From contig JAZUIZ010000039.1 of assembly GCA_045642525.1 (NCBI GenBank), positions 13,174 through 77,173 of the forward strand: 64,000 nt of DNA, written 5' to 3'. Numbering within the stretch: position 1 is the stretch's first letter; each line of letters starts with the position of its first letter. A program made the translations under genes and the position numbers. Origin of the DNA: Erysipelotrichaceae bacterium (lineage in GTDB: Bacteria; Bacillota_I; Bacilli_A; Erysipelotrichales; Erysipelotrichaceae). Shown here piece by piece: positions 36,506 through 45,187 of the stretch. Below the pieces are notes generated by a model. That model was given only the letters and a program-made list of their open reading frames with translations. It ran no database searches and was not told the origin of the DNA.

Positions 36506-37201
36506 ATGATAAAGAAGATTCTAATTATTATAGGCTCCACGGCTATATTTCTTATTGCTTTATATTTTGGCATAGATGCATACACAAATTATAAAATTGG
36601 CTATACCAATGTATATGTTGCATCTCATCAAATATCACAAAGAACAAAAATATCAGAAGAAGATTTAACAATTTTAAAAATTCCTAAAGATTGCATTAAA
36701 AATGATGTTTTGATTAATAAAGAAGATATTATTGATAAATATGTTAAATTATCTTATTCAATTCCTAAGGGATCATTTATATATAAGAGCGCAATAGAAG
36801 AAAATATTATGGATTATTCTAATACACTTTTGAAGGAAAACGAAGTTAATTATGATATTTATACATCTGATGTAAAAATTAATACAGCCAATATAGCAAA
36901 CAATATGCTTGTGGATATATATCTTACAATTAATTCGAAAGATAAACCTGTCAGTGATTTATTACTTTCAAATGTGAGGATAACTGGACTATATGATCAC
37001 AACAATAAACCAATTCATAGTTATGATAACGAAAGTAGAGTGAATGTAGTTTCTTTAGCCATAAACAAGGACGATGTGGGAGTATTAAATAAAGCTCAAA
37101 TAGTTGGAACATTAAATTTTGTAATAAACAAGAATACATATAACACGAATATGAATACAAAACTTAATAGTGATTCAGTCTTATTTGATTATCTGAATTA
37201 A
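36506..37201 (+). CDS. Membrane-anchored SAF-domain protein (CpaB-like)
   Basis: N-terminal TM (ILIIIGSTAIFLIALYFG). The following VYVASHQISQRTKISEEDLTILKIPKDCI...IPKGSFIYKSAI resembles a SAF/CpaB N-domain. RBS AGGAGG. The family call is by eye only. Confidence 0.4.
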   Translation: MIKKILIIIGSTAIFLIALYFGIDAYTNYKIGYTNVYVASHQISQRTKISEEDLTILKIPKDCIKNDVLINKEDIIDKYVKLSYSIPKGSFIYKSAIEENIMDYSNTLLKENEVNYDIYTSDVKINTANIANNMLVDIYLTINSKDKPVSDLLLSNVRITGLYDHNNKPIHSYDNESRVNVVSLAINKDDVGVLNKAQIVGTLNFVINKNTYNTNMNTKLNSDSVLFDYLN

Positions 37202-37216
37202 TGATATTATTAAAAT

Positions 37217-37672
37217 GTGAAAAGATTTATTAAACTAGGATTATTGATATTTTGGATGGGAATTATATTTTATTTTTCTGCACAACCGTCAGATGAATCA
37301 ATTGAATCAACAAATATTGTAGTAAATGTATTGTATAAGATGTGTAATGTATTTTCGATTAATAATTTCGATGTGCAAGCTTTTAGTGATAAGTACTTTA
37401 CCATCATAAGAAAGATAGCACATTTCACGGAGTTTTTAGTATTAGGTGTACTGATGTATTCTAATCTAAAAGAATATAGGGTAAATAAATATTTGTACTT
37501 ATCAATGCTTTTATCAATAATCTATGCAATTAGTGATGAAGTTCATCAAATATTTGTAGAAGGAAGATACTGCAGTATAAAAGATATACTTATAGATTCG
37601 TGTGGAGCTGTCAGTGGAATTATTCTAATTCATCTAATTAGTAAAAAGTGTTTAAAAACAAAGCGACAGTAG
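37217..37672 (+). CDS. VanZ-family membrane protein
   Basis: FYFSAQP, KIAHFTEFLVLGVL, SDEVHQIFVEGR, DILIDSCGAVSG. The GTG start has no clear SD, so the start is uncertain. Confidence 0.65.
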   Translation: MKRFIKLGLLIFWMGIIFYFSAQPSDESIESTNIVVNVLYKMCNVFSINNFDVQAFSDKYFTIIRKIAHFTEFLVLGVLMYSNLKEYRVNKYLYLSMLLSIIYAISDEVHQIFVEGRYCSIKDILIDSCGAVSGIILIHLISKKCLKTKRQ

Positions 37673-37995
37673 TATTATTATTGTTATTATTGTGTGGGTG
37701 TAATACACAAAAACATATTGCGTGTAATTATATAGAAGATGACAAAGAAGTATATTTAGATATTGATGCAATTGACGACAGCATTTATTCAATAAAAAGT
37801 AAAACTTGTTTTAGAATACCTAATAGTGTGTTATTGAATGATAATTATTTGGACGATTTAAAAAAACAGTTAGGTAATTCATATTACTTTGAAGAAGGCT
37901 CGTTGATTAAAGAGGAAGAATTATTTTTAGATGATTCATATAGTTTGCAAAAAACCATAGATTATTTGAATAAAAAGAGGTTTTATTGTGAATGA
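37648..37995 (+). CDS. Small lipoprotein of unknown function
   Basis: Signal peptide VVLLLLLLCGC. GTG start overlaps the VanZ gene by 25 nt. No recognisable domain. Confidence 0.5.
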   Translation: MFKNKATVVLLLLLLCGCNTQKHIACNYIEDDKEVYLDIDAIDDSIYSIKSKTCFRIPNSVLLNDNYLDDLKKQLGNSYYFEEGSLIKEEELFLDDSYSLQKTIDYLNKKRFYCE

Positions 37996-38647
37996 TATGA
38001 TGCCAAGAGAAAAGGCGCTTGAATATGGCATATCTTCCTTAAATAATAACGAATTGTTAGCTCTTGTATTGAAATCTGCATATAAAAATAAAAATGTTTT
38101 TGAGTTAGTTAATGAAATATTAAATTTAGCCAATGGATTTAATAATTTGCTTAGTTTATCATATGAAGAACTCGTTTCCATAAAAGGAATTAAGACTGCA
38201 AAGGCTCTAGAGATAATGGCAATATTAGAAATATCAAAAAGATTATCAAAAATAGATATGATTAATGAAAAAGAATTATCTAATCCAAATAAAATAGTTG
38301 AGTGGCTAAGATTTAATGTTGCATATTCTAATCAAGAAGAATTTTTTGCAGTATATTTAAACGCAAAAGGTGGCATTATTAAATCAGAAATATTATTTAA
38401 GGGATCAAAGAATTCTTCTATTGTCGCAGTTGATGAAATATTAAGAAAGGCAATACTTTTAAAATCTAGTGCGATTATTGTTGCTCATAATCATCCAAGT
38501 GACGATGTCAATCCAAGTCAAAATGATATTGATTTAACAAAGAAATTATATAAGTCATCTATTTTAATAGGTGTTCCATTGTTGGATCACATCATAATAG
38601 GCAAATCTAGCTACTTTAGTTTTAAGAATCATTTTATGTTAGAATGA
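37988..38647 (+). CDS. radC: RadC-family JAB/MPN domain protein
   Basis: N-terminal HhH-like region (NNELLALVLKS, SYEELVSIKGIKTAKA). JAMM motif VAHNHPSDDVNPSQNDIDLT. GTG start 8 nt after AAGAGG. Confidence 0.85.
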   Translation: MNDMMPREKALEYGISSLNNNELLALVLKSAYKNKNVFELVNEILNLANGFNNLLSLSYEELVSIKGIKTAKALEIMAILEISKRLSKIDMINEKELSNPNKIVEWLRFNVAYSNQEEFFAVYLNAKGGIIKSEILFKGSKNSSIVAVDEILRKAILLKSSAIIVAHNHPSDDVNPSQNDIDLTKKLYKSSILIGVPLLDHIIIGKSSYFSFKNHFMLE

Positions 38648-38651
38648 GTAC

Positions 38652-39311
38652 GTGAAAAAAGTACTCATTTTATTGTTGTGTATATTGTTGTCAGCTTGTT
38701 CAAAAAATGGAGATTTATCTTCATGGTTAGATAATGTTTTTGAAGAAAAGTATGAACAATGTCACGCTAACAATTATACCGATTATATTCAATATTATTT
38801 GCCAAGCGATATTCAGGAGTATGACTGTGATGCTTTATCTTATTCATTTGGAATTGGTTCTAATGAATTTATAATGAACATCAATGTTTCTGAGATTATT
38901 AATAGCAAGTATTATTCTGATTATTTTTTAAATGAGGATGGTTTCTTTGATGAAACTAAACTTATATATAACCATGATGGATTGTATGAAAATATTAATG
39001 GTGAATCAATTAATTATTTCTTTAAAGTATACAAGTATGATGATTGTTTTGTTCTTCATATGTGTTCTAGAGAGGTTAACATTTATGGCAGATGCTTCAA
39101 CGAAAGTGATGTTGCTTTGTTAGCAAGCAAATTTTATCAAATGGCTATTTATTCAAATGTTGAAAATGACAAGATAATTGCTGCCTATTCTTCAAAAGAT
39201 GTGGTTGATTATAGTAAAAATCCTATTAATCTATTTGAGACTAATTTGCCATTAAATGGCAAAATCGATGATATCCTAATTGTTGACAAAGAAGAAGTGT
39301 CAGATAACTAA
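38652..39311 (+). CDS. Lipoprotein of unknown function
   Basis: Signal peptide KKVLILLLCILLSAC. GTG start. No recognisable domain. Confidence 0.55.
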   Translation: MKKVLILLLCILLSACSKNGDLSSWLDNVFEEKYEQCHANNYTDYIQYYLPSDIQEYDCDALSYSFGIGSNEFIMNINVSEIINSKYYSDYFLNEDGFFDETKLIYNHDGLYENINGESINYFFKVYKYDDCFVLHMCSREVNIYGRCFNESDVALLASKFYQMAIYSNVENDKIIAAYSSKDVVDYSKNPINLFETNLPLNGKIDDILIVDKEEVSDN

Positions 39312-39341
39312 AAAATGTAGTAAAATGAGTGAGAGGTAATT

Positions 39342-39923
39342 ATGGCTGACATTAAGAAAAAGTTTATTGATATTTTGTTTGATGACGATGTTGACGATCG
39401 AGAATTAGCCGAAGAATCTATTAATAATTCTCGAGAAGTTAAAATTGATTACAATACTTCAAAGGGTGATTCGCCAATTAAAGCGAAAGACATTTTATAT
39501 CGCAAATCTGGGTCTTCTGCTTTTATTAATTTGGACGACACGGCAGAACAAAAAGATGATGATGATGCACAAGAAGAATATGAACTTTCGACTCAGATAT
39601 CTCCAATTTTTGGTCCGATTAAAGAAAACAATCGTGATACATTAAATTCAAAAAAAGTTGTTAGCGAAACAAAAATCAATAAACCAGTTTACTCCCATTT
39701 AGATATTATTACTTCGCCAATATATGGTTATGATAGTGGTGATTCAAAAATTACAAATACTTATGAATTTAAATTAGATGATATTGATGATGCTGATGAA
39801 GAATTGCATAATTTATTTGATGAAGATAATTATTTAGACGATTCTTATAATTCATTAAACAATGAAGAAAATAAAGATGAAGAAGATATAACTTTGTTCA
39901 AACTATTTGGAGACAATAAATAA
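39342..39923 (+). CDS. Highly acidic protein of unknown function
   Basis: RBS GAGAGG. N-terminus MADIKKKFIDILFDDDVDD is an amphipathic helix followed by an acidic run. D/E/N-rich throughout. The stop overlaps the murC start (TAATG). Confidence 0.6.
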   Translation: MADIKKKFIDILFDDDVDDRELAEESINNSREVKIDYNTSKGDSPIKAKDILYRKSGSSAFINLDDTAEQKDDDDAQEEYELSTQISPIFGPIKENNRDTLNSKKVVSETKINKPVYSHLDIITSPIYGYDSGDSKITNTYEFKLDDIDDADEELHNLFDEDNYLDDSYNSLNNEENKDEEDITLFKLFGDNK

Positions 39924-41221
39924 TGTTTTACTTTATCGGTATCAAGGGTACCGGTATGGCTTCTTTAGCGACTATGCTTTATGACTTGGGTTATGAAGTA
40001 TGTGGGTCAGATCTAGAGAAGCATTTTTTTACCGAAGATGAATTGATAAAAAGAGGAATTAAAATTTTTCCTTTTAATCCTAGCAATATAAAATCTGAAT
40101 ATACAGTTATTATTGGCAATACTTTTTTAGAGGATTTTCCTGAAGTAATCGAAGCTAGAAAAAAATGTAATTGTTATAGATATCATGAATTTCTTGGCAA
40201 ACTTATGGAAAAATATCAATCTATAAGTATATGCGGTTCACATGGTAAAACAACTACTACGACTTTATGTAAAACTATTTTTTCAGAGATTGATAAAACG
40301 GGATATTTGATTGGCGATGGCGAAGGGTACCTAGAAAAGGATAGTAAATATTTGTGTGTTGAATCATGCGAATTTAGAAGACATTTTTTAGCATATCATC
40401 CTAATTATTGTATTATTACAAATATTGAAATAGACCATGTAGATTACTTTGAAGACGAGGAAGATTATTTTAATGCTTATCAACAATTTGTTGATAATGT
40501 TAAAAATGCAGTGTTTTATTATGGTGATGATATTTGGTGCCAAAAATTAAAATTTAATACTGAAGCATTTAGTTTCGGTTTTGATTCAAATAACGATTAC
40601 TATATAGACAATTTAATATCTTCAACTAGCGAATCAAGTTTTGACTTATATCATAACGGAAAGTTAATTTCGCATTATAAAGTTCCTTTTGTAGGAAAAC
40701 ACATGATTATTGATTTGTTAGGTGTGCTTGCTTTGAGTGATTATTTGAAATTTGATACTAAAGTTGTTCAAGATGCATTGTCTAATTATGTTGGCCCAAA
40801 AAGAAGATATGTTATTGAGGAATATAAAAATACAATTTTTATAGATGATTATGCACATCATCCAACCGAAGTAAAGGTTACGCTTGAAGCAAGTAGGTTA
40901 AGATATCCAAATAAAAAGATTATTGCTATTTTCAAACCTCATAGGGCTTCAAGAGTATTGTATTTCGCAAAACAATTTGCTGAAGCATTATCGATAGCTG
41001 ATGAAATATACTTATTAGACTTTACTTCAATTGATGATAAACAAGATGGAACTGATATTGACATAACATATTTAGCAAAGTTAATACCGAATAGTGTTGT
41101 CTTATCAGAAGACGAAAAAGGCGCAGAGATATTATCAAAGCACGTTAATGAATGCTTGGTATTTATGTCTTCAAAAGATATATATAATATGGCTAGCCTT
41201 GTAAAAAAGCATATTATGTAA
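39923..41221 (+). CDS. murC: UDP-N-acetylmuramate--L-alanine ligase
   Basis: FIGIKGTGMASLATMLYDLGYEVCGSD, P-loop GSHGKTTTT, DDYAHHPTE. Confidence 0.92.
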   Translation: MFYFIGIKGTGMASLATMLYDLGYEVCGSDLEKHFFTEDELIKRGIKIFPFNPSNIKSEYTVIIGNTFLEDFPEVIEARKKCNCYRYHEFLGKLMEKYQSISICGSHGKTTTTTLCKTIFSEIDKTGYLIGDGEGYLEKDSKYLCVESCEFRRHFLAYHPNYCIITNIEIDHVDYFEDEEDYFNAYQQFVDNVKNAVFYYGDDIWCQKLKFNTEAFSFGFDSNNDYYIDNLISSTSESSFDLYHNGKLISHYKVPFVGKHMIIDLLGVLALSDYLKFDTKVVQDALSNYVGPKRRYVIEEYKNTIFIDDYAHHPTEVKVTLEASRLRYPNKKIIAIFKPHRASRVLYFAKQFAEALSIADEIYLLDFTSIDDKQDGTDIDITYLAKLIPNSVVLSEDEKGAEILSKHVNECLVFMSSKDIYNMASLVKKHIM

Positions 41222-41283
41222 GAGTATACATATTATTGAAAATATTTTCATAAATGCTACAATTGTATTAGGAAGGTGGCATT

Positions 41284-41679
41284 ATGGACGCGTTTATTCA
41301 ATCATTTTCATCATTATCAGAACAATTAATCCCTATTTTAGGTGCAACTGCATTAGTTTGTGTAGTTATTATTTTAATTAAATTAATAAAAATATTCAGT
41401 AATTTGAATGTTACTGTAGACAAAACAAATAAAACAATTGATTTAGTTGATGAATCAATCGAAAAGATTCAACAACCTTTAGACACTGTTGCAAAAGTAT
41501 CTCGTACCGTGGATAAGGCTCATGACGCAACGATTTCAGCAGTATCAAGCGTAAAGGATTTTGTCATTAAATCGGCAGATGATGTTAAAGATATAGTTCT
41601 AAACAAGGTTGGAAAGAAGTTCAAGAAGGAAGAAGAAGACATTGAACCAAGTCCAGAAGATATCATTAGAGGAAAATAA
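41284..41679 (+). CDS. DUF948/YtxG-like membrane-anchored protein
   Basis: One N-terminal TM, then a helical region resembling DUF948. Its position directly after murC matches the B. subtilis murC-ytxG order as I recall it. RBS GGAAGGTGG. Confidence 0.5.
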   Translation: MDAFIQSFSSLSEQLIPILGATALVCVVIILIKLIKIFSNLNVTVDKTNKTIDLVDESIEKIQQPLDTVAKVSRTVDKAHDATISAVSSVKDFVIKSADDVKDIVLNKVGKKFKKEEEDIEPSPEDIIRGK

Positions 41680-41681
41680 TT

Positions 41682-42473
41682 ATGGAAAATTGTGCCCAAG
41701 TATTAGAGGACTTAAATAGTAAAATAAATGAATTATCTTCACTAGAATTAGAAGTTGATGATGAAGCTAATGCAAAAATAGATGTAATAAAAGAAAAAGT
41801 TATTACAGTTTTAAAGCAAGCATCAACAAAAATTGAAGAAGCTTCTAAGAATTTATCAAATCCAGAAGAAGTTGAAAAGATTGTTGTTGTAGTTAGCGAA
41901 AAATCAAATAAACTTTACAAAAATGCTCTTAAAAAGATTAATGGCATTGTAAAAAAATATAATGCATCAAAAGAAAAAATAGAAGTAGAAACTGTTGAAG
42001 AAACAAGCAGCGAACAAACCGCATTGCCGTTAGAAGAAGTATCAGATAATGTTGAAACAGTAGATGATAATTCTTCTGAAAATGTGCAAGAAATTCCTGC
42101 TGAATCTAATGAAGTTATTCAAGAAAATGATTTAAAAGCTCTTGATGTTTTAGGAGGAAGTAATGAAGTTGCAGTTGAAAACATTGAAAACCCTATAGAA
42201 CAAAGCGAAGAAAATACAACTGAAGAAGTAGTTACTGAGCCAAATGAAAGTGAAACGGTAACAGAAGTTGTAGAAGAAGCTACAGAGGAAACTACAAAAG
42301 AAGTTATAGAAGAAACTACAGAAGAAGTAAAAGAAGAAGTTGTAGAAGAAACAGTAGAAATAAACGATGCTGAAAGATTAAAAGAAAGAGCAATTAATAT
42401 TAGAAATATGCAATATCAAGCATTAGCTGTTCAAACATTAAAAGAATGGCTTAAACCAGAGGAAAATAAATGA
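41682..42473 (+). CDS. Acidic coiled-coil protein with Glu-rich repeats (possibly YtxH-like)
   Basis: RBS AGAGGAAA. Helical N-terminus and a long E/T/V low-complexity C-terminal half. Confidence 0.45.
   Translation: MENCAQVLEDLNSKINELSSLELEVDDEANAKIDVIKEKVITVLKQASTKIEEASKNLSNPEEVEKIVVVVSEKSNKLYKNALKKINGIVKKYNASKEKIEVETVEETSSEQTALPLEEVSDNVETVDDNSSENVQEIPAESNEVIQENDLKALDVLGGSNEVAVENIENPIEQSEENTTEEVVTEPNESETVTEVVEEATEETTKEVIEETTEEVKEEVVEETVEINDAERLKERAINIRNMQYQALAVQTLKEWLKPEENK
42222..42362 (+). repeat. Imperfect GAA-rich tandem repeats encoding E-E-T/V-x units
   Basis: Repeated GAAGAAGT/GAAGAAAC units encode EEVVTE...EVVEEATEETTKEVIEETTEEVKEEVVEETVE. Confidence 0.6.
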
Positions 42474-43459
42474 AAAAAGTTACAATTTACGAAGTTGCAA
42501 ACGAAGCTAAGGTGTCTCTAGCGACTGTATCTAGAGTAATCAATGGATCTACAGCTGTTAAGGGTGACACTAAAAAAAGAGTTGAGGATGCAATAAACAA
42601 ATTAGGGTATAGACCAAATGCCATTGCTCAAGGCCTTGCTCTTTCTAGGACTACAACAGTTGGATTAATTATTCCAGCAACTTTGATATCATTTTCTGGT
42701 AGAGTTATTAATGGACTTTGCGATGTTGCAAAGATATATGATTATTCAGTATATCTTCATACAATTACTGAAGGTATTACAGATATCAAAGAAATTATTG
42801 ATGAAGTTATAAAATCAAGAGTTGATGGTGTTATTATTTATGCCGATAAAGGCTTAGATGATTCTGTGAAATTATTGGAAGAATATAATATTCCTATTGT
42901 TGTAATGGGTGATAGAATTTCATCTAATAATATTTGCTCAGTATATGTTGATTATGAAAAGGCATCTTATGATTTGTGTGATTCTTATTTAAACAAAGGT
43001 ATTAAAGATATTGCGATTTTACAAGATCATCGCAATGATGTTGTTTCTGAGCAAATGCATAAGGGTGCGATTACGGCATTCAAACAACATAAATTAAATT
43101 ATGATGGTTTTATTGAAGTGTCTAAAGATAACAGATCTACATATAAATATCTAAAATCATATTTTAAAACTCATTCACATAAGTTATTTGTTGCGAACAG
43201 AGATTCGCAAGCTATTGCTGCTTTAAATGCCGCAACTTGTCATGGTATTAAAATCCCTGATGATATGGAACTTATATGTATGAACGAAAGCAAATATACT
43301 TCTTCTGTTCGTCCCGAAATAAGTTCGTTTGTTGTTCCGACATATGACCTTGGGGCTGTATCTATGAGATTAATGACGAAGATGTTGAAAGATGAAAATG
43401 TTGAAGAAAAGGAAAAGTGTCTAGATATATTGTTTTCTCCAAAAGACACAACGAAATAA
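42470..43459 (+). CDS. ccpA: LacI-family transcriptional regulator, probable catabolite control protein A
   Basis: HTH TIYEVANEAKVSLATVSRVINGS and YRPNAIAQGLA, followed by a periplasmic-binding-like sugar domain. The murC...ccpA...tyrS neighbourhood resembles Bacillus. The family call is firm; the ccpA assignment is inferred. Confidence 0.6.
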   Translation: MKKVTIYEVANEAKVSLATVSRVINGSTAVKGDTKKRVEDAINKLGYRPNAIAQGLALSRTTTVGLIIPATLISFSGRVINGLCDVAKIYDYSVYLHTITEGITDIKEIIDEVIKSRVDGVIIYADKGLDDSVKLLEEYNIPIVVMGDRISSNNICSVYVDYEKASYDLCDSYLNKGIKDIAILQDHRNDVVSEQMHKGAITAFKQHKLNYDGFIEVSKDNRSTYKYLKSYFKTHSHKLFVANRDSQAIAALNAATCHGIKIPDDMELICMNESKYTSSVRPEISSFVVPTYDLGAVSMRLMTKMLKDENVEEKEKCLDILFSPKDTTK

Positions 43460-43464
43460 TAAAT

Positions 43465-44688
43465 ATGGGTATATACGAAGAATTAGAATGGAGAGGTCTT
43501 ATTAAAGATGTTTCATCTCCTGAAATTAGAGAAAAATTAAATAAAGGTGGAATGACGTTCTATATAGGAACAGACCCAACTGGTGATTCATTGCATATTG
43601 GACATTTTTCAAGTTTTTTAATCTCTAAAAGATTGAAAGATGCTGGTCATAATCCAATTTTATTAGTTGGTGGTGGAACAGGATTAATTGGAGATCCTAA
43701 ACCAGATGCTGAAAGACCTATAATTACCAAAGAAGAGGTTGATCATAATTTTTCTTGTTTAAAAAAGCAGGCCGAATCACTATTTGGATTTGAAGTTGTA
43801 AATAATTATGATTGGCTTAAAAATTTTTCATTTATTGATTTTTTGAGAGACATTGGGAAATATTTTAATATTCCTTATATGTTAAATAAGGATATTATCG
43901 CAAGAAGACTATCTGAAGGTATTACTTATACAGAGTTTTCTTATATGACTTTGCAAGCATGTGATTTCTTACATTTATTTGAAAACAGAAATTGTGAATT
44001 ACAAGTTGCTGGTCAAGATCAATGGGGGAATATTACTGCTGGCATAGAATTAATTAGAAAGAAAACTGGTAAAGAAGCATATGGTTTTACTATGCCATTA
44101 TTAACTAAATCCGATGGTTCGAAATTTGGCAAAACAAATGGTAAAGCCATTTGGTTAGACAAAGAAAAGACATCGCCTTATGAAATGTATCAATTCTTTA
44201 TTAATTCAGAAGATAGCAAGGTAATAGATTACTTAAAATTTTTAACTTTCTTATCAAAAGAAGAAATAGAAAAATTAGATGCATCTAATAAAGAACATCC
44301 AGAATTAAGAGAAGCTCATAAAGCTTTGGCTAAAGAAGTTATTACATTTATCCATGGCGAAAAAGCATATGAATCTGCTGTGAAGATTGCTGAAACATTT
44401 TTTAAAGGCAATTTAAAGGATTTAACTTTTGAAGAACTAAAACAAGGTACAAGCGATCTTGAGAAAACTAAAATTGAAGATGGTGCACTTTTAATTCCAA
44501 CTCTTGTTGAAATAGGTGTATGCAAATCGAATAGGGAAGCACGTGATTTGATTAGTGGCAATTCTATTTCTATAAATGGTGAAAAGATCAATGATATGAA
44601 CTATGTATTAACTAAAGAAAATGCCTTTAATCAGGAATTAACTATAATAAAAAAAGGAAAGAAGTTTTATTACGCTGTTGAATTTTAA
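43465..44688 (+). CDS. tyrS: Tyrosyl-tRNA synthetase
   Basis: MGIYEELEWRGLI N-terminus, HIGH (SLHIGHF), KMSKS-type KFGKT, and a C-terminal S4 domain. I chose the start at 43465 because the track start at 43417 adds 16 non-conserved residues overlapping the LacI gene. Confidence 0.92.
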   Translation: MGIYEELEWRGLIKDVSSPEIREKLNKGGMTFYIGTDPTGDSLHIGHFSSFLISKRLKDAGHNPILLVGGGTGLIGDPKPDAERPIITKEEVDHNFSCLKKQAESLFGFEVVNNYDWLKNFSFIDFLRDIGKYFNIPYMLNKDIIARRLSEGITYTEFSYMTLQACDFLHLFENRNCELQVAGQDQWGNITAGIELIRKKTGKEAYGFTMPLLTKSDGSKFGKTNGKAIWLDKEKTSPYEMYQFFINSEDSKVIDYLKFLTFLSKEEIEKLDASNKEHPELREAHKALAKEVITFIHGEKAYESAVKIAETFFKGNLKDLTFEELKQGTSDLEKTKIEDGALLIPTLVEIGVCKSNREARDLISGNSISINGEKINDMNYVLTKENAFNQELTIIKKGKKFYYAVEF

Positions 44689-44689
44689 T

Positions 44690-45187
44690 ATGAAAAAAAT
44701 AATTTTAATATTACTATCTTTGTTATGCTTATGCTCTTGTGGCAAAGCTGGTAACAATAATAATGACTTAGATTCTACATATTTGTCTTTAATTAAAAGC
44801 ATAAATGAACATGAAACATTTTTGTCTTCTTCAAATTATTATGATATTAAAGCTGAAATGGAGAAAATAAATGATGGTTATCGTTATTATGTGACTATTG
44901 ATAATCCAAGAATTGCAATGTATGATGTTGAAGCAATAGCTATTGAACCAAGTTTAGATTATGAGAAAAATATGGCTGCAAATATAGGCATATTTGAAGA
45001 CAAGGTTTATTGTTTAATTCCAAATCAAAAAAATACTGAGAAGGGATATGTTTCAGGAATTGTAATTTCTGGAATAGCACAATCTCCTGAAGTGGAATTA
45101 TCTATATATGTTTCATTTAAAAATGCTGATTATTCAAATACACATACTGAATATTTTAAATTAAATGCTAGGTATGGTGAAGAATAA
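44690..45187 (+). CDS. Lipoprotein of unknown function
   Basis: MKKIILILLSLLCLCSCG lipobox. I prefer the ATG at 44690 over the TTG at 44678. Confidence 0.55.
   Translation: MKKIILILLSLLCLCSCGKAGNNNNDLDSTYLSLIKSINEHETFLSSSNYYDIKAEMEKINDGYRYYVTIDNPRIAMYDVEAIAIEPSLDYEKNMAANIGIFEDKVYCLIPNQKNTEKGYVSGIVISGIAQSPEVELSIYVSFKNADYSNTHTEYFKLNARYGEE

Noticed and set aside
38647-38668. Small inverted repeat GAGTAC-N9-GTACTC spanning the GTG start at 38652.
   Set aside because: A stem of only 6 bp is easily produced by chance. No functional inference is justified.
43417-43464. Upstream start for tyrS at 43417. Analogous upstream starts appear at 44678 (TTG), 59942 (TTG) and 14930.
   Set aside because: The extensions add non-conserved residues ahead of a canonical protein N-terminus or signal peptide. 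They either overlap the preceding gene or leave no spacing to the SD.
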